DNA of 64,000 nucleotides. Origin: Tepidisphaera sp. (GTDB lineage Bacteria; Planctomycetota; Phycisphaerae; Phycisphaerales; UBA1924). The position numbers and the translations under genes were made by a program. Position 1 is the first letter of the stretch. Every line of letters starts with the position of its first letter. Positions 37,208 to 45,887 of the stretch are shown here, in pieces. The notes below the pieces were generated by a model. It saw nothing but the letters and a program-made list of their open reading frames with translations. It was not told the origin of the DNA and ran no database searches. The stretch spans positions 224,001 through 288,000 of the forward strand of contig CP051526.1 in assembly GCA_050916045.1 (NCBI GenBank). Direction: 5' to 3'.

Positions 37208-39208
37208 ATGACCAGCGCCGCCATGCCAACCTCGACCGACGCCGCGACCCCGCCGCTGACCAGCGGCGGGGTCGCGGAGCTTCTCCGCGCGACGATGCGC
37301 GGCCCGACCGATCTTGCCATCACGGGGATCGAAACCGTCGAGCGTGCAGGGCCGACGCAGCTCACGTTCATCCGCTCGGCGCAGTACGCGCACAAGTGGG
37401 GCGCGAGCAACGCCCGCGTCGCCATCGTCGCCGAGGGCGTCGAGATCGCGGCGCATGACCCCGCGACCAGGGCGCTGATCTGGGTGAAGAACGCCGACCT
37501 CGCGCTCAACACTGTTCTTTCGCTCCTTGCCCCCAAAGCCACGCCTCGGCCGCAGGGCGTGCACCCCTCGTCCATCGTCGACCCCGCCGCCGTCATCTCG
37601 CCCACCGCCAGCATCGGGCCCAGGTGCGTGATCGAAGCCGGCGCGGTGATCGAGGACAACGTGGTGCTTGTGGCTCAGGTCTTCATCGGGGCCGGCGCCC
37701 GCGTCGGAGCCGGGTCCACGCTCCATCCGCAGGTCGTGCTTTACGAGCGCTGCCGGATCGGCCGCCACTGCCTGGTTCACTCTGGAGCGGTGATCGGCGC
37801 GGACGGGTTCGGGTTCATCGCCGACCCCTCCGGACGCGGGCTTCTCAAGGTCCCGCACATCGGCGACGTCGTGATCGGAGACGCGGTCGAGATCGGAGCC
37901 AACTCGTGCATCGACCGTGCGAAGTTCGGCACCACGAGCGTCGGGGCCGGCACCAAGATCGACAACCTCGTGCAGGTCGGTCACAACGTGCAGATCGGAC
38001 GCAGCGCCATCCTCTGCGGTCAGGTCGGGATCGGCGGGTCGACGACGGTTGGTGACGGCACCATGCTCGGCGGGCAGGTTGGCGTCTCGGACCACCTCAC
38101 CGTCGGTCCGATGGTTCGGGTCGGCGCCGGCTCGGGCGTGATCGACGACATTCCGCCCAAAGCCACGTACATGGGGTACCCCGCGATCCCCTCGCGCGAC
38201 CAGCTCAGGCACTGGGCTTCGGTCCGCATGGGCGCACAGAAGTCCCGCAAGCAAGCGGCCGCTCAGGCCCGCGTGCCCGCCGCGACCGAGCGGCCGGGGG
38301 TCGCCCGCAAGACGCTTCGATCCGTCGCGCAACTGACCGGCGTGGGCTTGTTCACCGGCAAGCCGATGACGCTTCGGATCAATCCGTGCGAGGCGGGCGA
38401 AGTCCGAGTTCGATTCGGAACGGAAAGCTGGCCGATCGGCGTCGCCGCGCTCGCCAGCGAATCGAGCTCGCTCCCCTTCCCGACGGGCGTTCGGGCCCGC
38501 AACACGACCCTTGCGTTCACCCTCGCGGCTGGCCAGCCGTCTCAGGGGCGGTACGTCGCGGCGACCGTCGAGCACGTCCTCTCGGCGCTTTCGGCGATGG
38601 GCATCACCGACGCCGAGCTTGAATGGACCGGCCCAGATCCCAAAGCGACGTTCGTCGAGGTCCCGATGTTCGACGGATCGGCCGCTTCGATCGTGAACGC
38701 CATCCTCGCCGCCGGCGTCCGCACGCTCGATCAGCGGCAGGCCCCGATCATCCTGTCTGAGACGATCCGCATCGAGGGCGAGGGCGGGAGCAGCATCGTC
38801 GCCACGCCACGGGCTCGCCCCGGCCGTTCCTACACGTACGTGATCGACTACGGGACGACGATCCCGCGCGGGTCCTTCGCGTGGGACGGCGAGCCGGACC
38901 GGTACATCAAGGACATCGCGCCCGCCCGGACGTTCTGTCTTGCTTCCGAAGCCGCGGCGCTCCGCGAACGCGGCATGTTCGCGCACCTGACCACGCGCGA
39001 GATGCTGGTTCTTGACGACCGGACGGGCCTGCCGATCGAGAACGGGCTCCAGTTTCCGGATGAGCCCGCGCGACACAAGCTTCTCGACCTCGTCGGCGAT
39101 GTGGCTCTCCTGCCCGCACAGGTGCAGGCCGACATCGTCGCGACCAAGTCTGGTCACGCGATGACGCACGAACTCTGCCGCAGGATTCTCGCGAACGCCG
39201 CGCGGTAA
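37208..39208 (+). CDS. lpxD-lpxC: Fused LpxD (N-acyltransferase) - LpxC (deacetylase)
   Basis: LpxD hexapeptide repeats, [20 protein letters not shown]; from about 38300 Lpx[39 protein letters not shown]. Confidence 0.9.
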   Translation: MTSAAMPTSTDAATPPLTSGGVAELLRATMRGPTDLAITGIETVERAGPTQLTFIRSAQYAHKWGASNARVAIVAEGVEIAAHDPATRALIWVKNADLALNTVLSLLAPKATPRPQGVHPSSIVDPAAVISPTASIGPRCVIEAGAVIEDNVVLVAQVFIGAGARVGAGSTLHPQVVLYERCRIGRHCLVHSGAVIGADGFGFIADPSGRGLLKVPHIGDVVIGDAVEIGANSCIDRAKFGTTSVGAGTKIDNLVQVGHNVQIGRSAILCGQVGIGGSTTVGDGTMLGGQVGVSDHLTVGPMVRVGAGSGVIDDIPPKATYMGYPAIPSRDQLRHWASVRMGAQKSRKQAAAQARVPAATERPGVARKTLRSVAQLTGVGLFTGKPMTLRINPCEAGEVRVRFGTESWPIGVAALASESSSLPFPTGVRARNTTLAFTLAAGQPSQGRYVAATVEHVLSALSAMGITDAELEWTGPDPKATFVEVPMFDGSAASIVNAILAAGVRTLDQRQAPIILSETIRIEGEGGSSIVATPRARPGRSYTYVIDYGTTIPRGSFAWDGEPDRYIKDIAPARTFCLASEAAALRERGMFAHLTTREMLVLDDRTGLPIENGLQFPDEPARHKLLDLVGDVALLPAQVQADIVATKSGHAMTHELCRRILANAAR

Positions 39209-39244
39209 ACGGGTGGGGCCCTCCGTGTCGGCCTAGGTTTGTGC

Positions 39245-40270
39245 ATGGCCACCGTCTTTCTCAACGGAGCGTTCGTCGATGCCGGCGAAGCCAAGGTCTC
39301 GGCTTTCGACGCCGGGTTTCAGCATGGCGTGGGCCTCTTTGAAACGATGACCGCCGTCGCCGGCCGGTCCGGCGTCAAGCCCCGAATCCTGGGCCTCTGG
39401 GAGCACCTGGAGCGACTGCGCAGGTCCGCCCTCGAACTCAATCTCGTCTCGACGCTCCACACGCCCGCGCTCGCCGAAGCCGTCGAGCGGGCGGCCGCGA
39501 AGGAAGCCCAGGCTTCGCCCGACACCGAGCGGTTCCGCGTGCGGCTCACGATCACCGGCGGCGGCCTCAACATGCTCGCCAAGGGCGCGATGTCCGCCGA
39601 GCACGCGCCGACCCTGATGATCCACGCCCAGCCGGCGGCTTCGTACCCCGAAGAGATGTTCGAACGCGGCGTGCGGGCGGTGGTCGCGGGCCTCAGGGTC
39701 AACCCGCTGGACCCCACCCAGGGGCACAAGACGCTGAACTACTGGGCGAGGCTCCGCGAGCTTCAGATCGCGGGAGCGGTGGGCGCGAGCGAAGCCCTCG
39801 TCTTCCAGGTGACCAACCACCTCGCGGGCGGGTGCGTGAGCAACGCTTTCCTGGTTTCGGGCGGCGAACTGATCACGCCCATCGCCCGCGGCGAGGAAGC
39901 CGAGGTCGCTTCCGGCGGCACCACCGCCGCCGAGCGCGACCCCTCCAACCCCGACCCGCCCCCCGACCCGCAGGGCAAGCGGCAGGTCGGTTCGGGCGCG
40001 GTCCCCTCCCCGGTCCTCCCGGGGATCACCCGCCGCTGGGTGATGGACTGGGCCGACGGGGCCGACATCCCCGTCCGCCGCAGGATGGTCACGATCAGCG
40101 ACATCCTCGCGGCGGATGAGGTCTTTCTGACCAACTCGTCGTGGGGGGTGCTGCCGGTGGTGGCTTTGGAGCAGTCGCCGATCGGCAAGGGTGAGCCGGG
40201 GCCGATGGCGACGAGGCTGATGACGGCGTACCGGGCGGTGGCGGCTTCGGAAGCCCCGGAAGACCTCTGA
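39245..40270 (+). CDS. Class IV aminotransferase (IlvE/PabC-like)
   Basis: [39 protein letters not shown]. Confidence 0.9.
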   Translation: MATVFLNGAFVDAGEAKVSAFDAGFQHGVGLFETMTAVAGRSGVKPRILGLWEHLERLRRSALELNLVSTLHTPALAEAVERAAAKEAQASPDTERFRVRLTITGGGLNMLAKGAMSAEHAPTLMIHAQPAASYPEEMFERGVRAVVAGLRVNPLDPTQGHKTLNYWARLRELQIAGAVGASEALVFQVTNHLAGGCVSNAFLVSGGELITPIARGEEAEVASGGTTAAERDPSNPDPPPDPQGKRQVGSGAVPSPVLPGITRRWVMDWADGADIPVRRRMVTISDILAADEVFLTNSSWGVLPVVALEQSPIGKGEPGPMATRLMTAYRAVAASEAPEDL

Positions 40271-40445
40271 TCCGCGGCGGGCACCGATCAGAATCCGTAA
40301 ATCGGGAGGGGTTTTCGCGGGCGGTGGCTCCAAAAAGAGACACGGAGACCTTGCGGACCTACCCTACGGACCCATTCCGGAACGAGATGCCATCGCGGTG
40401 GGTCGCGGCGGCGGCGTTCCGAAAGCTTCGAGCAAGGAACCCCCC

Positions 40446-42002
40446 GTGAAGATCAAGACCGACGAGATCGCGAGCGTTATCCGTCAGGAAATCGAGCAGT
40501 ACTCCCAGGAACTCGAGGTTTCCGAGGTCGGTCGCGTGGTCGAGGTCGGTGACGGCATCGCCCGCGTCTACGGCCTGTCCAAGGCCATGGCCGGCGAGCT
40601 GCTTGAGTTCCAGACCGGCGACGGCGCGGTCATGGGCCAGGTCTTCAACCTCGAACTCGACACGGTCGGCGCGGTCATTTACGGTGACTACCTCTCCGTG
40701 AAAGAGGGCGATATGGTCAAGTCGACCGGCCGCCTGCTTGAGGTGCCCGTCGGCGAAGCGCTGCTCGGCCGCGTGGTCGACCCCCTGGGCCGCCCGCTTG
40801 ACGACGCGGGCCCGATCAACGCCACCGAGTTCCGCAAGGTTGACATCATCGCGCCCGGCATCGCCGAGCGCCAGCCCGTGACCGAGCCCATGCAGACGGG
40901 CATCAAAGCCATCGACGCGATGATCCCCATCGGCCGCGGCCAGCGTGAGCTGATCATCGGCGACCGCAAGACCGGCAAGACCGCCGTCGCCATCGACACG
41001 ATCATCAACCAGAAGCACTACTGGGGCACCAAGGACGCGGTCGTCTGCATCTACGTCGCCGTCGGCCAGAAGGAATCGACCGTCGCGGGCGTCGTGGACA
41101 CCCTCCGCAAGAACGGTGCGATGGAGTACACGATCGTCGTCAACGCGGCGAGCTCCGACCCCGCCCCGATGCAGTACATCGCTCCCTACTCCGGCACCGC
41201 CATGGCCGAGTACTTCATGTGGAACGGCATGAAGGGCAAACTCCCCAAGCACGCCCTGTGCATCTACGACGACTTGTCCAAGCAGGCCGTGGCTTACCGC
41301 CAGCTCTCGCTGCTCCTCCGCCGCCCGCCGGGCCGCGAAGCCTACCCGGGCGACGTCTTCTATCTCCACTCCCGCTTGCTCGAGCGCGCGACCAAGCTCT
41401 CGGATGAGAACGGCGCCGGCTCGATCACTTCGCTCCCCATCATCGAGACGCAGGAAGGCGACGTGTCGGCGTACATCCCGACCAACGTGATCTCGATCAC
41501 CGACGGCCAGATCTACCTCGAGCCGGAACTCTTCCACTCGGGCATCCGCCCCGCGGTCAACGTCGGCATCTCGGTCAGCCGAGTCGGCGGCAACGCCCAG
41601 GTCAAGGGCATGAAGAAGATCTCGGGCTCGCTGCGTCTGGACCTCGCGTCCGCCCGCGAGCTGGAAGCCTTCGCCCAGCTCGGCACCGAGCTCGACAAGG
41701 CGACGCAGCGCCAGCTCGACCGCGGCCGCCGGTTCGTCGAGCTTCTCAAGCAGGGCCAGTACACGCCCTTCCTCGTGACCGACCAGATCATCTCGATCTT
41801 CGCCGGCGCCAAGGGCTTCCTGGACGACATCCCCGTTGTGAACGTCCGCGCCTTCGAGAACGGCCTGCTCGAGTACTTCCGCACGGTGGGCAAAGCCACC
41901 CGCGACGAGCTCGACCTCAAGAAAGCCCTGGACAACGAGCTCGAGAAGAAGCTCGAAGCCGGTATCAAGGAGTTCAAGGCCGGCTTCGTGGTCAAGAAGT
42001 AA
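40446..42002 (+). CDS. atpA: F0F1 ATP synthase subunit alpha
   Basis: [61 protein letters not shown]. Confidence 0.97.
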   Translation: MKIKTDEIASVIRQEIEQYSQELEVSEVGRVVEVGDGIARVYGLSKAMAGELLEFQTGDGAVMGQVFNLELDTVGAVIYGDYLSVKEGDMVKSTGRLLEVPVGEALLGRVVDPLGRPLDDAGPINATEFRKVDIIAPGIAERQPVTEPMQTGIKAIDAMIPIGRGQRELIIGDRKTGKTAVAIDTIINQKHYWGTKDAVVCIYVAVGQKESTVAGVVDTLRKNGAMEYTIVVNAASSDPAPMQYIAPYSGTAMAEYFMWNGMKGKLPKHALCIYDDLSKQAVAYRQLSLLLRRPPGREAYPGDVFYLHSRLLERATKLSDENGAGSITSLPIIETQEGDVSAYIPTNVISITDGQIYLEPELFHSGIRPAVNVGISVSRVGGNAQVKGMKKISGSLRLDLASARELEAFAQLGTELDKATQRQLDRGRRFVELLKQGQYTPFLVTDQIISIFAGAKGFLDDIPVVNVRAFENGLLEYFRTVGKATRDELDLKKALDNELEKKLEAGIKEFKAGFVVKK

Positions 42003-42043
42003 CCCCCACCCCCGTCCCCCCCAAACCGAAGACACTCAGTCAC

Positions 42044-42072
42044 AAGCCCCCCGCGCCAGCGGGGGTTTTTTC
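42044..42072 (+). terminator. Intrinsic terminator after atpA
   Basis: cccccgc-gcca-gcggggg followed by T6. Confidence 0.85.
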
Positions 42073-42183
42073 CTTGGGTGCGGGTGGTGTTGGGGGGCAT
42101 CGAAGCTGCTTCGACTTCGATGGATGGACGTCCAACCAAGCCCATCGAAGCACCCGGCGCGACGTCGTTGATGCCGCGCGATT

Positions 42184-43278
42184 TCAACGAGTCTTCTGTA
42201 TGGCGTCCACTCTTGCTTCGAGCGTCGAGGCCTCCGTCAGCTCGCCCATGATTCGAAGCGACTGAGCGAGATTCTGTAGGTATGGAATCAAGTCCCCGCT
42301 GTTCGGGCCGACAGTCCTTTCTACTGCATGCAGCGCGTCGCGATGCTCGCGAATCCCTTCGGCCAACTTCCCTTGCGCTACGAGACTGTTTGCCAAGTTC
42401 GCTCGTACTGATGCCACGATGGGGTGCGCAGCGCCAGCCATTCGGGTGAACAAGGCGACCGCCTTACCGAGTAGCCTCTCGGCATCCAAGTGTCGGCCTC
42501 GTGAAAGATAGAGATTGCCGAGCCCATTCAAGCTGGATGCCGTCTCCATGCTCGTCTCTCCAAAGACACGTTGACGAATCGATAGAGCGCCGAGATGCAA
42601 ACGCTCTGCGAGATCGAAGAGGCCCTGCTCCTCCGCAACCAGCGCACGGTTGTTCATGACCATCGCTAATGAGCTTCGCTCTTCGGGAACAGCGCGAGCT
42701 TCGTAGATCGACTGGGCGCGCTCGAACAGCGGCGCGGCGGCGGCGAATTTCCCCTGGCTTCGGAGTGCTTCCGCGAGATTGCAGAGGCTGGCTGCGGTGT
42801 CCGGGGCCTTCGGTCCAAGAAGGGACTCTGCTAGTTCGAGGGCGTCAGCCGCCGCAGCCTCCGAGCCAAGATAATCACCTTGCCGATATCGAGCAATCGC
42901 GAGATCGGTCATGCCCTGCCAACTAATGGCCTGGGACGCTGCGGAGACTTTGTAGGTCAATCGGCGATTCTCCCTCACCGCGCCGAGAATCTCGGACAGT
43001 GCGAACGCGGGATTGCTATTCGTCAAGACGACCTCGGCGTCTCGGAGATTCCCAGCGCGCGCAAACGCGATCTGCGCCAGCAATGTCGCAGGAACAGCTT
43101 CCGATGTCATTCGCCGCTCGTAGTCACGCCATGCGGCAATCATGGCATGGCCAGCGTTGATCTGTTCGTCGCTCAAACCCATTCGCCGTAGGTTCAGGAG
43201 CCCGCGGCGGTATCCGTTCCAATAGAACACCGCGAAGGCAACAAGGACCAGCAATGCCAAGCCTGCCAATGTGCGCAT
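42184..43278 (-). CDS. Tetratricopeptide repeat protein (kinesin-light-chain-like TPRs), membrane anchored
   Basis: N-terminal TM; repeats such as TAASLCNLAEALRSQG and TASSLNGLGNLYLSRG; atypical codon usage. Confidence 0.85.
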   Translation of the reverse strand: MRTLAGLALLVLVAFAVFYWNGYRRGLLNLRRMGLSDEQINAGHAMIAAWRDYERRMTSEAVPATLLAQIAFARAGNLRDAEVVLTNSNPAFALSEILGAVRENRRLTYKVSAASQAISWQGMTDLAIARYRQGDYLGSEAAAADALELAESLLGPKAPDTAASLCNLAEALRSQGKFAAAAPLFERAQSIYEARAVPEERSSLAMVMNNRALVAEEQGLFDLAERLHLGALSIRQRVFGETSMETASSLNGLGNLYLSRGRHLDAERLLGKAVALFTRMAGAAHPIVASVRANLANSLVAQGKLAEGIREHRDALHAVERTVGPNSGDLIPYLQNLAQSLRIMGELTEASTLEARVDAIQKTR

Positions 43279-43420
43279 GTGGTGCAGTGTAGCGACATTA
43301 TGGCTGACAGCGAAACTCTGGCGGTCGGGTCACACGACAACATGATCGCTCAGACGGTTCGCGTGGCACGCTGCAGAGAAGACCTCGGACGATCCGAAGC
43401 CAATCGCGCAAGAGCGCGGG

Positions 43421-43546
43421 TCGATGTTTGAGAACCGGATGTCGATCTCGGGGCGCTCAGGATCGAGACGCAAGAGCCCACCATCGACCCCGGGGAATCT
43501 CGTGTCGATGTTCGATCCTCCGAGATCGACGTTCTGTTCCCGATCC
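43421..43546. repeat. Degenerate 21-nt period array
   Basis: TCGA at 43421, 43442, 43463, 43484, 43505, 43526 (exact 21-nt spacing). Confidence 0.75.
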
Positions 43547-43560
43547 AAGGCCTTTGTTCG

Positions 43561-43727
43561 CCCCCACCCACCCACCCCCCACCCCCACCCATCCCCTTCC
43601 CACCTCTCACGCTCCAAGGCCCCAGGCAGGACGCCCGTCCACACGGCATTTCTCCGTGCCGCTCCGTGCTCTCCGTGTTTCACACCTTCTTTTCTTCCCC
43701 TCCGCGTTCCTCCGCGCCTCCGCGTTC
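43561..43727. repeat. C-rich tract plus two triplets of short repeats (CTCCGTG x3, CTCCGCG x3)
   Basis: CCCAC-type tandem 43561-43600; CTCCGTG at 43652/43662/43671; CTCCGCG at 43700/43710/43718. Confidence 0.7.
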
Positions 43728-43820
43728 CAACTTCTTTCTGACTTTCGCCAAAGTCGCCCCCGCCGCCCGCCGATTGATCTCCGCAACCCGCGATGGTGCG
43801 GGCGTATCCGGAGATCATCC

Positions 43821-44522
43821 ATGGCCGTTCTGCCCTCCTCCGACGCTCAGTTGGTCGCCTTCTGCGAAGCCCACGCGCCGATTTTTATCGCGAACGCCGC
43901 CGCGATCGGGATCACTCCGGCGGCCGCCACCGCGTTTGATCTTCAGACCAAGGCCGTTCGCGGCAAGCTCAACGCCGCCCTCGCCGCTCGCAACGCTTCC
44001 AAGGCCGCGACCACCGTCTACCACGGTGATGCCGACAACCTCCGCACCACCGCCGCCGATCTCATCCGCTTCGTGAAGGCCTTCGCCGATGCGAGCGCCA
44101 ACCCGCCGGCGGTGTACGCGCTGGCCCAGATCCCGGAACCCACCCCGCCCACGCCCCAGCCCCCGCCCGGCCAGCCTACCGACTTTGTCGCGACCCTTAA
44201 CAGCGGCGGCAGCGTCACCATCAAGTGGAAGTGCGCTGACGCCGCCGCGAGCAGCGGGGCGTTCTTCTCGATCCGCCGGAAGCTTGGGACGGGCCCGGGC
44301 GGTTTCGCCCTCATCGGGACCACGCAGAGCAAGACCTTCGAGGATGCGGGCATCCCGCTGGGCACCTCGGTCGCGACGTACATCATCCAGGGCTTCCGCA
44401 ACGACCTCGCGGGTCCCGAGGGTGTGCAGTTCACGATCCAGTTCGGAGTCGGCGGGCAGTCGATTACATCCCTGACTTTCGGGGAAGCGGGCGGTGAGTC
44501 GGAGTTCAAGGCCGCGGCCTGA
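43821..44522 (+). CDS. Hypothetical protein: helical N-domain, Pro linker, FN3-like C-domain
   Basis: GGAG SD; PPGQPTDFVAT...VTIKWK...FSIRRK...FED...YIIQG beta pattern; no signal peptide; ends FKAAA. Confidence 0.75.
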   Translation: MAVLPSSDAQLVAFCEAHAPIFIANAAAIGITPAAATAFDLQTKAVRGKLNAALAARNASKAATTVYHGDADNLRTTAADLIRFVKAFADASANPPAVYALAQIPEPTPPTPQPPPGQPTDFVATLNSGGSVTIKWKCADAAASSGAFFSIRRKLGTGPGGFALIGTTQSKTFEDAGIPLGTSVATYIIQGFRNDLAGPEGVQFTIQFGVGGQSITSLTFGEAGGESEFKAAA

Positions 44523-44539
44523 TGAGCCGGGGATCGTGC

Positions 44540-44576
44540 GGGGGTGTGGGGGTGTGGGGGTGTGGCGGTGTGGGGG
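44540..44576 (+). repeat. 8-nt tandem repeat (GGGGGTGT)
   Basis: ggggg-tgt-ggggg-tgt-ggggg-tgt-ggcgg-tgt-ggggg between convergent stops. Confidence 0.8.
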
Positions 44577-45653
44577 TCAGCACCCTGCTTCGAACGCGCC
44601 CACGAACGCGTCGTAATCCGTGAAGTCCGTGAAGCCGTCGCCGGTGATGTCCGCGTCGGTGTAGTCCGGGCACGCGTTGGGCGTCGTGAAGCACCGGACG
44701 AACCCGTCGTAGTCGAAGAAGTCCACGAACCCATCGCCGTTGAAGTCCGGCTTGCACAAGGGGTCCGGGTCGCCGATCGTCAGCAGGTAGTTGTTGTTCT
44801 GGAAGGGCAGGCCGCAGTCGTTGTTGTTGGCCGGGGGCAGCACGCGGATCACCGCTCGGTACGTCCCCGCCGGAAGGTTGAACTCAAGCCGCGTCGAACT
44901 GCAGAGGTCGCTGAAGTTCTCCGTGAACGGCCGCGTCGCGTTGCAGCCCCGGCGGTACAACCGAAGCAGGATGTCAAGCGGGCTCTGCGCCGTGATCGTC
45001 ACCACCTGCTGCACCGGCACCACGAACTCGTACGAATCGTGGTCCAGCGTCCCGTCCGCAAGCCCCCAGAACGTGCCGTAGTACGTCTGCCCAAGCGATG
45101 CACGCTCCACCGCCGACGCGTCGCTCCCGAAACAACCATCGTTCAGCCGCTCGCCGCAAGGCTCATTCTCGACCAGAGCCCCGAAGGGCTTGCGGAGCAG
45201 GCACCGCGGCTCGAACGTCAGGCGGAGCTTGCCCGTCCGCGGCTGGTTCACCACCGTCGCCGCCAGGCGGATGATGTACTCGCGGCCCGCGAGCACCATG
45301 GTCCCGGCTTCGGGCAGAAAGCCGCAGCGGTCGTCGTTGCACGCAAGCTCGCGGCCGCCGCACCCCTGGAAGATCGCAAGCCCCGCATCCGAGACCGGGC
45401 TACCGCAGGTCGAAGCCAGGAGAAACCCGTCCTGGTCGGCGATGTACTTGAAGTACAGGTCCGGCTTGAGGCGCGGCGTGGGGTCAAAGCACGAGCACGA
45501 CCCGTCCGCCCGGAATCCCGCGGTGGTCCACTGGTAGTCGATCCCGGTCGTGATCAGCTGCGCGTTGTCGCAGCGGTCGCCGCCGCTCTGCCCAAGAGCG
45601 GCGTGCGTGAGAAGGGTCGTCGCAAGAAGAACGAGCGGGTGCGAGGGATTCAT
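44577..45653 (-). CDS. Secreted Cys-rich protein with C-terminal dockerin-like (GC-ending) domain
   Basis: Signal peptide; DRCDNA, LACNDDRC; DFNGDGFVDFFDY and DITGDGFTDFTDY...GC. Confidence 0.8.
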   Translation of the reverse strand: MNPSHPLVLLATTLLTHAALGQSGGDRCDNAQLITTGIDYQWTTAGFRADGSCSCFDPTPRLKPDLYFKYIADQDGFLLASTCGSPVSDAGLAIFQGCGGRELACNDDRCGFLPEAGTMVLAGREYIIRLAATVVNQPRTGKLRLTFEPRCLLRKPFGALVENEPCGERLNDGCFGSDASAVERASLGQTYYGTFWGLADGTLDHDSYEFVVPVQQVVTITAQSPLDILLRLYRRGCNATRPFTENFSDLCSSTRLEFNLPAGTYRAVIRVLPPANNNDCGLPFQNNNYLLTIGDPDPLCKPDFNGDGFVDFFDYDGFVRCFTTPNACPDYTDADITGDGFTDFTDYDAFVGAFEAGC

Positions 45654-45887
45654 GACAAGCAGTACGACGGTTCCCTCATGTTGGATTCGAAAGCCCGCGA
45701 TGAGGGCCGAGATTCAGCGCCGCGGCCGGATTGCTTGTTGCACCAACGAATGTGGGAGCCTGATGAGGGGCGAGTGGGAGGGGGCCGTTCGGGCTCAGCG
45801 TGCGATGGGCGGCTTCGCTTGTGGAGAGGAGTAGGCGATGGACAGGGGGCGTGGTATGCTGCTCATTCACCCTTTCGGAACCCTGCC

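Noticed and set aside
44544..45887. N-terminal extension of the 1006-aa ORF
   Set aside because: Antisense to CDS 44577-45653; the real protein starts at the signal peptide at 45888
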